A stretch of DNA of 56,115 nucleotides from a virus (Duplodnaviria > Caudoviricetes), in the IMG/VR virus record IMGVR_UViG_3300027881_000017, positions 1-56,115 of that record, one strand, 5' to 3'. Below are positions 43,797-53,828 of the stretch, piece by piece; the first letter of the stretch is position 1, and each line of letters starts with the position of its first letter. The translations under genes were made by a program, and so were the position numbers. The notes below the pieces were generated by a model that was not told the DNA's origin, ran no database searches, and saw nothing but the letters and a program-made list of their open reading frames with translations.

Positions 43797-45885
43797 GTTC
43801 ATAGATCAGATTGTAAAAGACTATGAACCAAAACAGAAAACTGTGGCAGAGGTATTGTTCAATCTCGGGGCAACGACCGGATACGATACGAGCACAGATC
43901 AGTTCGCCGACCAGCAAAGCCTCAATAGTATTTATAGCAACATCACTTGGGCGTATCGCTCAATAGCATTTATTGCTTCGAACCTTGCTCGAATTCCCTG
44001 GATATATAAAAAGAACGACGAGGATATAACCGACACTATTGTTGATGATATATTCCAGAACCCAAACCCAATGCAGACTCGATATGATTTTTTCCTTGAG
44101 TCTATTAGCCGATTAGAGTTACAGGGTGAGATGTTCTGGGAATTATTTCGCGGCACTGGCGCCGTTGGCAGGCAAGTGCTTGCCATATTCCCAGACTGGC
44201 GCAGCGAAGAAGTTACGGTCATCCCGGACAACAAGAAATATGTTATTAAAGGATACAAGCGGAACATCAACGGCAAGGTGGTTGATTTTGACGCCGATGA
44301 AGTATTTTATCTTAAGCATTTTAATAGTTTAAATCCTATTCGCGGGATGAGTCCTTTATTCCCTGCCAGGCACGCTGCGGGCACAGACCTTAATGCTACT
44401 TATTATACTAAACAATTTTTCAAACAGGGCGCCCGACCAAGCGGTATGCTAACTACGGAGCAGAAATTAACTGAACCGGAGCAGCGTCGCCTCGAAGAAT
44501 ACATCAAGAAGAAATATCAATCGGTCAATCAGATGCATGAGATCATGGTTATGTGGGGCGGGTTAGAATTTACACCGTTGAACACGATGAACATGACTGA
44601 CATGCAGTTTACTGATCTGAAGAAAATGACCCGCGAAGAAATTATCTTAGCATTTGGATTATCGCTTGAAGTAATGGGGCTCGGGCAAAAGACATTTGAG
44701 AATGTGCAATTTTACAGGCGGCTGGCGTGGACAGAAACGATGCAGCCTCTTATGGATAAATTTTTAGCGCTGTTAAATAAAAATTTGGCTGAAGAATTAT
44801 ACCAAATAGAAGGCATAACAGTCGAAGCAGATTATAATAATGTTGAAGCATTAAGAGAAGAGAGGTCTAAGAAAGTAATTGATTTTGAACGTGGGTTCAA
44901 GACGGGCGCAATTACGCCAAATGAAATGCGCGAGATTGTATTTGGTCTCGATCCAATTAGTATCCCTGAAATGGACAGCACGTATCTTCATCTTAATGTT
45001 GCTAACCCGGTAGATTTACCAGAGATCCAGATGCCAGAATCGGTGCCAGGAACAGAAGCGGTGTCGGCAGGATTTCAACCACTCGGTAAAAAGGGACTGA
45101 GTTATGATGATCGTACAAAAATATGGTATAGCCGGGTAAAAAAATATGAGCAATATGAGCCGTCGTTTAAGACAATGGTTAATAAGATCTTTGATCAAAT
45201 CATGGCTGATGTGAAGAAGAGAGCAAGCGGTTTATTAAAAGGGCTATATGCAAATCAAGCAATTGACAAGGCTGAAGAGGAAGGGATTACTATTCCACCT
45301 TCACTCGTTATAAAGATAAAAAAACTATATGACAATAAACGCTGGGAAAAGGAATTTGCGAGAAAAGGTGAGCCAGTTATACTTGATACAATGGCTTCGG
45401 TTGGCGGGCAGTTATTACAGTCTGAGGGAGAGGTATTTAATTTAGTACATCCTGAAGTTAAAAAATTATTAGGTGAAAGAGTAAAACAGTTTAGTGCTTT
45501 TGTCAGCGACACAACATCAGATGACATCACCCGGATTGTAATAAGGACGCTACAGGAAACTGCAGATCTTAGTATTGCAGAACAGACCAGGGCTATCCAA
45601 AAAGTATTTGATGCGTATCACGTTATGGCGAAGACGAGCCGGGCTGCGACCATAGCCAGAACAGAAGCGATGGGCGCTGCCAACGCTGGTACTCAAGCGG
45701 CGTTGGTTCAGGGCGGATTTTTGCGCAAGATGTGGATCACATCCAGGGACGACCGGGTTAGGGACGAGCACCAAATCGATGGAGAGGTGGTTAATGTCCA
45801 AGAAAGTTTTTCGCTTGGCGTGGCATTTCCTCAGGCAATAAATGAGAGATGTATTATAATAGATACGTTAGAACCAGTAACTTAG
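43789..45885 (+). CDS. Portal protein (HK97-like) fused to a MuF/head morphogenesis domain
   Basis: PNPMQT, RGMSPL, FKQGARPSG, ITPNEMR; C-terminal RAATIARTE...KMWITSRDDRVRDEH...INERC. Confidence 0.9.
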   Translation: MFKFIDQIVKDYEPKQKTVAEVLFNLGATTGYDTSTDQFADQQSLNSIYSNITWAYRSIAFIASNLARIPWIYKKNDEDITDTIVDDIFQNPNPMQTRYDFFLESISRLELQGEMFWELFRGTGAVGRQVLAIFPDWRSEEVTVIPDNKKYVIKGYKRNINGKVVDFDADEVFYLKHFNSLNPIRGMSPLFPARHAAGTDLNATYYTKQFFKQGARPSGMLTTEQKLTEPEQRRLEEYIKKKYQSVNQMHEIMVMWGGLEFTPLNTMNMTDMQFTDLKKMTREEIILAFGLSLEVMGLGQKTFENVQFYRRLAWTETMQPLMDKFLALLNKNLAEELYQIEGITVEADYNNVEALREERSKKVIDFERGFKTGAITPNEMREIVFGLDPISIPEMDSTYLHLNVANPVDLPEIQMPESVPGTEAVSAGFQPLGKKGLSYDDRTKIWYSRVKKYEQYEPSFKTMVNKIFDQIMADVKKRASGLLKGLYANQAIDKAEEEGITIPPSLVIKIKKLYDNKRWEKEFARKGEPVILDTMASVGGQLLQSEGEVFNLVHPEVKKLLGERVKQFSAFVSDTTSDDITRIVIRTLQETADLSIAEQTRAIQKVFDAYHVMAKTSRAATIARTEAMGAANAGTQAALVQGGFLRKMWITSRDDRVRDEHQIDGEVVNVQESFSLGVAFPQAINERCIIIDTLEPVT

Positions 45886-45895
45886 GAGAACAAAA

Positions 45896-46264
45896 ATGAA
45901 GAGAGCGCAATTGGCTCAATCAAGAGTATCGGGCACAGACGCCTTAAAGATATTTAATATTTCTGACATGGCAGAAAACCCGGCAAGGGTAACAATTGAG
46001 CAAATCGTGGTTTGCAACACTACCGGAACGGACCTTACTTTCGATGTTTATCATGACAAGGACGGAGTTACCTACGATGAAACAACGGCAATATTTTTTG
46101 AGGAAACATCTTGTGGGGCAAGCAACATCGGTATCGGTCATGATAAAACAAAAATTTACGATGTTAACATCGGCGTTGAGAATGAATCGGAGAATATTGC
46201 CGCTAAGTCCAGCCTGTCAAAAGGACTCACTTATACTTTATATGGTCAACTTATAGAAGGGTAA
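45896..46264 (+). CDS. Putative virion structural protein
   Basis: aggag RBS; beta-rich; between portal and protease. Confidence 0.55.
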   Translation: MKRAQLAQSRVSGTDALKIFNISDMAENPARVTIEQIVVCNTTGTDLTFDVYHDKDGVTYDETTAIFFEETSCGASNIGIGHDKTKIYDVNIGVENESENIAAKSSLSKGLTYTLYGQLIEG

Positions 46265-46269
46265 AATGA

Positions 46270-47415
46270 ATGAAAAAATTTCCATTTAAATCAGCCTCAA
46301 TAGATGTCGAGAAAAAGATTAATCTTGAGAAGGGGATAATTCCTTTTATCCTGACATCTAAAACTGTAGACAGAGACAGCGAGGTTATATTACCAGATGG
46401 CGGTGATGTAGAAGAGTTTAAAACTAATCCAGTTTTTTTATGGGCGCACGATATTTGGTCACCGTCGATTGGCAAAGTATTAACTAAGACAATGAATATT
46501 AATCATTTAAGAATGAGCGCAGATGTTCAATTTGACCTGGATGATCCTTTCGCTGCATTGATATTTAATAAATATGCTAAAGGGCATTTAAATGCAGGGA
46601 GTATTAGATTCCGGCCTACGCAAGTCAGCCCCGATCCAGTTATGAAAGGCCAAAAAGGTGTAACGATCGAGAAATGGAAACTGTTAGAGTTCAGCGCAGT
46701 ACCGGTCCCGGCCAATCCTCAGGCCTTAGCTCAGATACAGAAAGGTTTTGAAGAGATAGATGACCATAGGGTGAAAGAGTGGGGCAAACAACTAAGTGAG
46801 ATGGAACCGTCCAACGCGGCGAAAGAAATTACTGAGGAAAATCTTAATCTTGTTGACCTCTATATTAAAATGATAAATACAGGGAAGGGCGATGACGCTC
46901 CTGAGCAAAAGCAAGGCAGGTTGACCAGGGATGAGCCGATACCATTTCAAGCAACTTTCGATGCAAATGGAAACGAGGTATCTCAAACATCTTCATCTAA
47001 CCCAACCGCAGATATTAAATATGTTCAAGTTGAAGAAGATACGTTTAAACTTACTGATCACGTAATGGATCAAATTGAAGCAAGCGTCCTGGCTGGTATT
47101 CAGAAAGCAATGAACCCGCTGCTCATGGATGAGTTTAAATATGTAGACAAAGACGGAGAGCCCCAGTGGGTATTATTGGCAAATGCTATGATAAATTTAT
47201 TTCACAATAAAACACTGCCGGATTATCAGAAGAAATATGTGTATGACCACCTGGCCGCAAATTACAAAAAGTTTGACCGCAAGCCACCAGCGTTTGAAGA
47301 ACAGCCGGATCCACAGCCAGACCCGGATCCCAATCCGCCAGAAGAGAATATTGTGATAAGTAATGAAAGTATTGAGAAAATTATAGATTCAGTAAAAGAG
47401 AAAATGAAAGAATAA
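46270..47415 (+). CDS. Prohead maturation protease (HK97-type) with C-terminal extension
   Basis: DRDSE, NPVFLWAHD, GSIRF, LLEFSAVPVPANP. Confidence 0.88.
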   Translation: MKKFPFKSASIDVEKKINLEKGIIPFILTSKTVDRDSEVILPDGGDVEEFKTNPVFLWAHDIWSPSIGKVLTKTMNINHLRMSADVQFDLDDPFAALIFNKYAKGHLNAGSIRFRPTQVSPDPVMKGQKGVTIEKWKLLEFSAVPVPANPQALAQIQKGFEEIDDHRVKEWGKQLSEMEPSNAAKEITEENLNLVDLYIKMINTGKGDDAPEQKQGRLTRDEPIPFQATFDANGNEVSQTSSSNPTADIKYVQVEEDTFKLTDHVMDQIEASVLAGIQKAMNPLLMDEFKYVDKDGEPQWVLLANAMINLFHNKTLPDYQKKYVYDHLAANYKKFDRKPPAFEEQPDPQPDPDPNPPEENIVISNESIEKIIDSVKEKMKE

Positions 47416-47520
47416 ATTGTTTTAAGCAATATATATTTGAGTGTGATTGATAAACCTTTCTAAAAAGTTAAGAATCAGCAAAGCTCAAGAACTAATACTA
47501 ATTAACAGGAGAAAAGGCAA

Positions 47521-49065
47521 ATGGAAGAAATCAAATTAACGGATGAGCAGTTAGGTAAAATCACTGCTTCTATCGTTACTGAGATTGCCGAAGCCAAGGA
47601 AGCCGGACATGATCTGAGCGATGCCGAAACTAAAGCCAAAATAGAGAAGATGGTAGCTACGCAGATGGCAGTAGCACAGGAGAAATCTAACCTGGAACGC
47701 AAAAGCGAATTTACCACTACGGATTTCGTCAGCCCAGAAGATCAGGAAAAGGCTTACAAAGCAGAGTTTGAAGGCGTTGATGCGATGAACAAAAAAGAGC
47801 GAGAAGCAGTGCAAGAAACAAAAATGCTCACATCTTCAGATCGTCTTGAACTCCGTGAAGGCAAGGCAATCGGACAGCGAGTAGAAGAGTTTAAAAAACT
47901 CAACGATGATGCATATTTAATTACGACAATGCTTGTTGGTGCAGCGAGGAAAAAGGAAACCGGAGATGAGTCTCAGTTAAGTATTTATCGCAGGACTGAT
48001 ATTTACAAACAAATTGAGAACAAACTGAAAGATGATAAAGAATTGCGCAAAGCATTAGCCGTCGCTACATCGGGTAGCGGGGCGGAATGGATTCCAACCG
48101 GCTTTAGTTCACAGGTTCTGGTTACGATAGAACTACAGCTAAAAATCGCAGCGTTATTTAACCAGATAGCGATGCCGACCAGTCCTTATACATTACCGGT
48201 TCAGACCAGTAATGCTGAGGGATATTTAATTCCGGAATCGACTGCTGACGAAGCAACTAAGATTAAAGCGTCAACTCCAGGAACTGGGAACAGTTCGTTT
48301 GTTGCAAGGAAACTTGCTGATCGCGTATTGTTTTCGGAAGAGATTAACGAGGACAGCATAGTTGCAGTTGGTCCTTTTACGTTGGCAGAAATGGGCAAAG
48401 CGATTGCCCGTGCCCAGGAAACATCATTGATAAATGGCGACAGAACTGGTGCGGCTGGTGTTCCAGGAAGTCATCAGGACAATGCTGGTACGGCGTTATT
48501 TTCCAGTACATATGATGCGAGATTAGCGTATGATGGCCTACGTTATTTTGCCTTGAATCAGGCTGACACATCCACTAAAGATTTTTCGAATGCAGTACCT
48601 TCGGATGCTTTGATGGGTGCGATCAGATTGCTGATGGGTAAACACAGCGTGCTGCCGTCAGATGTTGCCTGGGCAATGAGTGTAAATTCATATTTACAAT
48701 GTCTGTTCAATTTGAGCAACATTACAACCCTGGAGAAATACGGGCCACAAGCTACGATTCTTTCAGGCGAAATGATGAAGTATCAGAACATACCGGTAAT
48801 TGTATCTGAATATATATTTAGTAACCTCAATGCTTCCGGCGTGTATGATGGTTCAACAACGGACCGGTCGATGATCTTGTGCGTATATCGTCCAGGTTTT
48901 TTAATTGGTAACCGTGGTGGCGTTACATTAGCGACGGCCAATGATATCGAAACTGACCAGGTAATAATGGTTGGCAAAAGACGTACCGATTTCATTGACC
49001 CTTACGGCGCAACCACCAGCGGTAATGTTCAATGCGCTGGAGGCATAAGCGTTAAAACCACATAA
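47521..49065 (+). CDS. Major capsid protein (HK97 fold) with N-terminal scaffold segment
   Basis: GAEWIPTGFS, SEEINEDS, LINGD; position after the protease. Confidence 0.9.
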   Translation: MEEIKLTDEQLGKITASIVTEIAEAKEAGHDLSDAETKAKIEKMVATQMAVAQEKSNLERKSEFTTTDFVSPEDQEKAYKAEFEGVDAMNKKEREAVQETKMLTSSDRLELREGKAIGQRVEEFKKLNDDAYLITTMLVGAARKKETGDESQLSIYRRTDIYKQIENKLKDDKELRKALAVATSGSGAEWIPTGFSSQVLVTIELQLKIAALFNQIAMPTSPYTLPVQTSNAEGYLIPESTADEATKIKASTPGTGNSSFVARKLADRVLFSEEINEDSIVAVGPFTLAEMGKAIARAQETSLINGDRTGAAGVPGSHQDNAGTALFSSTYDARLAYDGLRYFALNQADTSTKDFSNAVPSDALMGAIRLLMGKHSVLPSDVAWAMSVNSYLQCLFNLSNITTLEKYGPQATILSGEMMKYQNIPVIVSEYIFSNLNASGVYDGSTTDRSMILCVYRPGFLIGNRGGVTLATANDIETDQVIMVGKRRTDFIDPYGATTSGNVQCAGGISVKTT

Positions 49066-49080
49066 AGAAGGAGGCATCTT

Positions 49081-49479
49081 ATGTATGTATTTTCAGGAAG
49101 TCCAAAGAGCCTTAGTGATCTTGATACTTCTTTTGGGTGGAAAGCGCCAGGAACGCAAGTAGACTTAAAAGATGCCATTCAGGAACTGCAGGGCTTGCAC
49201 ATGTCTGTAGCAGTTGGCGCCGGTGCTTCTGCGTTGTTAGAACTTCAGGGTTCTGGCGCGGAGTCCAAAGCCGCTGCTTTAATAACGCAAGATGATGTTA
49301 TCGTAGGCGTCCTTGAATTCGTTGGTCAGGGAGGCACATCGGGAGTTACATGGTTCTCGATGAGGGGCGATGTCAGAATTGCGGCCACTCCAGGTTTTAT
49401 TTCTATCAGTGGTGGCGCAACAACGGCAAATCAGATTTTGGTTCTCTGGTATGACAAAACAGGGTACAGTGCATATTAA
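49081..49479 (+). CDS. Putative capsid decoration protein
   Basis: Small Gly/Ala-rich protein directly after the capsid gene. Confidence 0.5.
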   Translation: MYVFSGSPKSLSDLDTSFGWKAPGTQVDLKDAIQELQGLHMSVAVGAGASALLELQGSGAESKAAALITQDDVIVGVLEFVGQGGTSGVTWFSMRGDVRIAATPGFISISGGATTANQILVLWYDKTGYSAY

Positions 49480-49782
49480 ATGGAATTTTTCGAATTAGAT
49501 AAACGAGTACCTATCTTACAACGGGAACTTCTCGGAGGCGTAAAAACCTCCGAGTATTCCTGTACTATTTACAAGAATTCAGACGGGCCATTTTTCATAG
49601 TTCGTATTAACGATCGAGAATTCATGGTTCGGGTCGGCAGTATTTTTAGAACAATAATTGACGTTGCAAAAATTAAACCTTTACAAAAGGTAAAAAATGA
49701 AAATCACATTAGTGATGGTTCTGAAGGACGAAGCAAGAACCATAAGGAAAGCGATAGAGTCCGTGCTCCCCATAGTGGATGA
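49480..49782 (+). CDS. Hypothetical protein
   Basis: Abuts the previous gene. Confidence 0.4.
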   Translation: MEFFELDKRVPILQRELLGGVKTSEYSCTIYKNSDGPFFIVRINDREFMVRVGSIFRTIIDVAKIKPLQKVKNENHISDGSEGRSKNHKESDRVRAPHSG

Positions 49783-51730
49783 GGCGGTAATCGCAATTGA
49801 CAAAAGTACGACAGACAAAACCAAAGAAGAAGCTCACAAGGTTTTAGGCAATAAATATACTCAATGGTATGAGTTTGACTTTGAGGACGATTTTTCTAAA
49901 GCAAGAAACGAGTATATTGCCAAAGCCAACCATGAATGGGTTCTTATTTTGGATGGTCATGAATATATTGACCAGTCTTGCCTGCCTTTCCTTAAAGAAA
50001 TAAAAAAGAATCCGCCCAAGAATGTTCAAATTTTTGATTTCAACATTTATGAACCCAGGGATGGAAGATATTTTCAGCAGCCTCGCCTTTTCAAATCTGC
50101 AATAAGATACGAGCTGCCGATTCATAATATGATACGGCAAAGGGATTATCGGCTTTCTATGCCCCAAGTCACTATTTGGCACAATCAACCTGATGATAGA
50201 TATAAGGCAAGACGTGAGCAGCGTCGAAAAATGAATTTAAAAGGGCTAACAGAAAAAGCAAACAAGGGCGATGTTCGCAGCATGTATTATTTAGCTGATG
50301 CTTTTTATGAATTAGGCGATTTGAAAAATGCAGCACATTGGTTTAAGAAGTATATTCCGAAGAGTGATTTTCCACACGAGAGATATACAGCCAGAATCAG
50401 GATGGCTGTAATCACTGAAAGATTAGGCGACGATGAACAGGCTGAGAAATACGCCATGTATTGTTTCGACGATGAAGTGAATTTAAATGAGCATTTGATA
50501 TTTCTCGGAGATTTAAAGTATAAACAAAAAAATTATTATCGGGCAATTTATTTTTACAGATTGGCCGCAGTAATAAAGATCCCTGAAATGTTTTTGATAG
50601 TTAGCAAAGCGTGCTATACTTGGATTCCTTGGTACAAATTAGCGATGGCATACGGGATGATGAATGATTTAGATGGTGTTAGAGAATGCATCATCAAAGG
50701 AAAACAACTTGCGCCGGAGCGGGATGAGTTTTTTGAATTAGAGGACCAGATTCAAAAAACAATAAAAGTGCATAATCTTAAAAAGAAAGGCAAGGTCTAT
50801 ATAGTTGCATCTTTGCCTCGATTTATTGAGCCGATCTTTAAAGATTTTGTAGAGAAGGGTGATTATTATGTCAGGTTTGATCAACAATTTAATCCTTATA
50901 ATGCTGAAAATGCCGATGTAATATTCTGCGAGTGGGCAGATCACAATGCGATAGCAGTTAGTAATTTTAATAGTAAGGCCAAAAAAATAATTCGGATTCA
51001 TGCCTATGAAGTGTTCAGTGATTTTATTGATAAAATTAATTTTCAAAATATTGACGCTCTTGTTTTTGTAGCCAATCACATTAAAAAGTATTTTATGAAA
51101 AGGGCACACGGGATAGATGACATCAAGACCACTGTAATAAGTAATGGGGTGGATCTTAATAAATTTACCATACCATCTAAAAAAAAGCCCAACAATAAAA
51201 TAGCGTATGCCGGATATATTTCTAATAAAAAAGGCGCAGTGTTACTTTTGCACACAGTGCATAATTTTCCAGAATATGAGTTTCATGTCGCTGGGACATT
51301 CCAGGAGCCAGATGTTCAGGAGTTGTTTGAGCGAAGAAAATCAGAGAATTTATTTTTATATCCATGGCAAGAGGATTTGAATAGTTTCTTCGCTGATAAG
51401 ACTTACATAATTAATACTTCGCCTCGGGAAGGCTGCCCGGTTGCAGTTCTTGAAGGAATGGCTGCCGGTTTAATGCCATTAGTGTTTCGTTGGGACGGGG
51501 TTGATGATATGTTTTCATGGGGCTGGTCAAGTTTAAAAGGACTACAAGAATTGTTATATCGTTCTGTAGATTTCAAGGCAAACAGAGCGCATATAGAACT
51601 TAAATTTGATTTCAAGGAAAAGAAAACACAGATTAAAAATTTAATCGATTCACATATAAAGGAGAAAGATGATGTCAGAGAAAATGATCAAACTGCAGTT
51701 CAGGCCGTCAAAGAGCCATCGCACTCATAA
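49697..51730 (+). CDS. Glycosyltransferase fusion: GT2, TPR repeats and GT4-like domain
   Basis: DDFSKARN, LILDGHE; TPR-like helices (YYLADAFYELG); NGVDL, REGCPVAVLEGMAAG. Confidence 0.88.
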   Translation: MKITLVMVLKDEARTIRKAIESVLPIVDEAVIAIDKSTTDKTKEEAHKVLGNKYTQWYEFDFEDDFSKARNEYIAKANHEWVLILDGHEYIDQSCLPFLKEIKKNPPKNVQIFDFNIYEPRDGRYFQQPRLFKSAIRYELPIHNMIRQRDYRLSMPQVTIWHNQPDDRYKARREQRRKMNLKGLTEKANKGDVRSMYYLADAFYELGDLKNAAHWFKKYIPKSDFPHERYTARIRMAVITERLGDDEQAEKYAMYCFDDEVNLNEHLIFLGDLKYKQKNYYRAIYFYRLAAVIKIPEMFLIVSKACYTWIPWYKLAMAYGMMNDLDGVRECIIKGKQLAPERDEFFELEDQIQKTIKVHNLKKKGKVYIVASLPRFIEPIFKDFVEKGDYYVRFDQQFNPYNAENADVIFCEWADHNAIAVSNFNSKAKKIIRIHAYEVFSDFIDKINFQNIDALVFVANHIKKYFMKRAHGIDDIKTTVISNGVDLNKFTIPSKKKPNNKIAYAGYISNKKGAVLLLHTVHNFPEYEFHVAGTFQEPDVQELFERRKSENLFLYPWQEDLNSFFADKTYIINTSPREGCPVAVLEGMAAGLMPLVFRWDGVDDMFSWGWSSLKGLQELLYRSVDFKANRAHIELKFDFKEKKTQIKNLIDSHIKEKDDVRENDQTAVQAVKEPSHS

Positions 51731-51959
51731 CGATGTGTGGAATGTCTTTATCGAAGATGGTCAGGTTGGTGAATACCCGGCAGATGTGGCTAAACAAAAA
51801 TTGGTGGATTTTCCTCTAAACTTTACAGAGTATAAACAAGAGGCGCAGCCAAAAAAAGTAGCCAAACCACAACCCAAAATCGAGAAGCCAGCAGAGAAAA
51901 AGGTTGAAGACGAGCCGGATAAAGGTTTGAAAGAATCTAAAACGAAAACTAAGGAGTAA
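51669..51959 (+). CDS. Hypothetical head-associated protein with Lys/Glu/Pro-rich tail
   Basis: aaggag RBS. Confidence 0.55.
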   Translation: MMSEKMIKLQFRPSKSHRTHNDVWNVFIEDGQVGEYPADVAKQKLVDFPLNFTEYKQEAQPKKVAKPQPKIEKPAEKKVEDEPDKGLKESKTKTKE

Positions 51960-52171
51960 TGATGGTACGTACCGAATTCAGAATAATTTTAACAGTTACT
52001 TGTGATAACGTTGCAGATCGAGATGCTGTTTATAGTTTTTTACGTCAGACTTATATTGACCGCAGGGACGGAGTAGGTTTGCCTGCAGGTCTTACTGCTG
52101 CCCACATGACAAAAGATGAATATGCGATTACTGATGTAAGGGCAACCGAAGATATGGGTTCGGCTGTTTAA
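51959..52171 (+). CDS. Hypothetical protein
   Basis: TAATG coupling; aaggag RBS. Confidence 0.6.
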   Translation: MMVRTEFRIILTVTCDNVADRDAVYSFLRQTYIDRRDGVGLPAGLTAAHMTKDEYAITDVRATEDMGSAV

Positions 52172-52786
52172 ATGGCGAATGGATTTCAATTAACTAGGCC
52201 AGCATCACATGGTGCGCAGCAAATGAATGCCAGTGCTCAAGTGGTCGTTGGGACTGAGTTTACTTGCCCCGGATCAGGTACTCAAAATGTCTCAGAAATG
52301 GGACATTTCGGAGATACGGATGGTGGTGATGCATTGTTTAATCTTAGTATTTATACTGACGATGTGACAAATGATTGCCCGGAGGATCAAGTTTCAGGTT
52401 CGATTGTCGCAGGTTTGGCAATGCCTGAAGCCGGGACAGAAATTTATGGTGCTATAGATCCAGTTGTTGAACTTACGGGTGGGGTTATTTATTGGCTTTG
52501 TTCAATGTCTTTAGATGGTGATTTAAATTATGATAGGGATAATTCAGGTGGGAATTCCAAACAGGGTTTTACATCTGGTAGTGTTTGGCCGAGTGGGGCA
52601 GATTGGGAAGGCTATAATAATAGAAATTGGGATATGGGAATCTGGGCTATTTATGAAGCGGCGGCAAGTGATCCACAAATAAATGTAAATGAGCAACCTT
52701 CAGCGGCAGATACAGTCATTTCTGCTTTAGGAGATTTGGGAGTCGATGTTGCTGATTGTTCAAAACCAATAGACAAAGTAATGTAG
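52172..52786 (+). CDS. Putative fibre-associated beta-sandwich protein
   Basis: C-terminus carries the INVNEQP and ALGDL motifs of the repeat fibre protein. Confidence 0.55.
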   Translation: MANGFQLTRPASHGAQQMNASAQVVVGTEFTCPGSGTQNVSEMGHFGDTDGGDALFNLSIYTDDVTNDCPEDQVSGSIVAGLAMPEAGTEIYGAIDPVVELTGGVIYWLCSMSLDGDLNYDRDNSGGNSKQGFTSGSVWPSGADWEGYNNRNWDMGIWAIYEAAASDPQINVNEQPSAADTVISALGDLGVDVADCSKPIDKVM

Positions 52787-52795
52787 GAGATTAGG

Positions 52796-53317
52796 ATGGA
52801 AAATTATGGATTTAACGAAAATCCGGACACTTCGCTTGCGCCTTTGGCGGATGCGGTAAAAGTCCGAGGATTTTTCAGACTGCAAATTGAAGACGGTCCA
52901 ACCGGAAAAATTGTAGGTGATAGTGGCTGGAAAAGCAACATGATTACGAATACAGGATTTCAACATTATATGGTTGAATTAATGTCATCTGAGGCTGGTT
53001 CCAGTAAAGTAACTCATTGTGCATTAGGTAAAGGGACTGAGCCAGGGGTCGCTGGTACATCTTTAGAATCTGAGCATGAAGTCAGAGAAACAGTTGTTTT
53101 GGCTTCAAATGGAAGTAAGACATTTCAAGCGACTTGTACTTTGGCATCAGGTATTTCATTTGTTACGAATGCGCAGACTTTGCAGAATGTGGGCTTGTTT
53201 GCGACATCGACGAAAGATGGTGGATCAATATTATGCGGAAATACTTTTGCAACCAGTTCAGTTAATGTAAATCAAAATGTCAATGTAACATATCAGATTC
53301 AATTTGCAACTTCATAA
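52796..53317 (+). CDS. Putative virion fibre-attachment protein
   Basis: NMITNTG, ALGKGT, NVGLF, VTYQIQF pattern of phage structural proteins. Confidence 0.55.
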   Translation: MENYGFNENPDTSLAPLADAVKVRGFFRLQIEDGPTGKIVGDSGWKSNMITNTGFQHYMVELMSSEAGSSKVTHCALGKGTEPGVAGTSLESEHEVRETVVLASNGSKTFQATCTLASGISFVTNAQTLQNVGLFATSTKDGGSILCGNTFATSSVNVNQNVNVTYQIQFATS

Positions 53318-53330
53318 ATAGGAGTTTTTA

Positions 53331-53828
53331 ATGACAAATAAAACTGTTAAAACAGTACTTGAAAAAAATTCTGGTATTCGGTTGGATATTGGATGCGGAG
53401 CAAATAAAAATCCAGGGTTTGTCGGAATGGATAAAAGAAAATTGACCGGCGTAGATATCGTTCATGATCTTGAAAAATTTCCTTATCCTTTACCAGATGA
53501 AACTTGTTTAGTAATAATGGGGTCTCATATTGTTGAGCATATTAAGCCGTGGCTTATGATTGATTTTATGAACGAACTCTGGAGAATAACCAAACCAGAA
53601 GGACAATTAGCTTTTTCTCATCCTTATGCTTGGTCGTTTGGTTTCGTTCAAGATCCGACACATTGTAATCCATGTAACGAAGCAACGTGGCAATACTTTG
53701 ATCCAGGATATCCATTATATGGTATTTATACTCCATCTCCTTGGATTATTGAAAAGGGTTTTCCGGTTTGGCAAAATACAGGAAACATGGAAGTTGCTTT
53801 TCGGAAAGGAGTTCAAAATGGAAAATAA
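53331..53828 (+). CDS. Class I SAM-dependent methyltransferase
   Basis: LDIGCG, VHDLE, SHIVEHI, LWRITKPEG, DPTH. Confidence 0.88.
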   Translation: MTNKTVKTVLEKNSGIRLDIGCGANKNPGFVGMDKRKLTGVDIVHDLEKFPYPLPDETCLVIMGSHIVEHIKPWLMIDFMNELWRITKPEGQLAFSHPYAWSFGFVQDPTHCNPCNEATWQYFDPGYPLYGIYTPSPWIIEKGFPVWQNTGNMEVAFRKGVQNGK

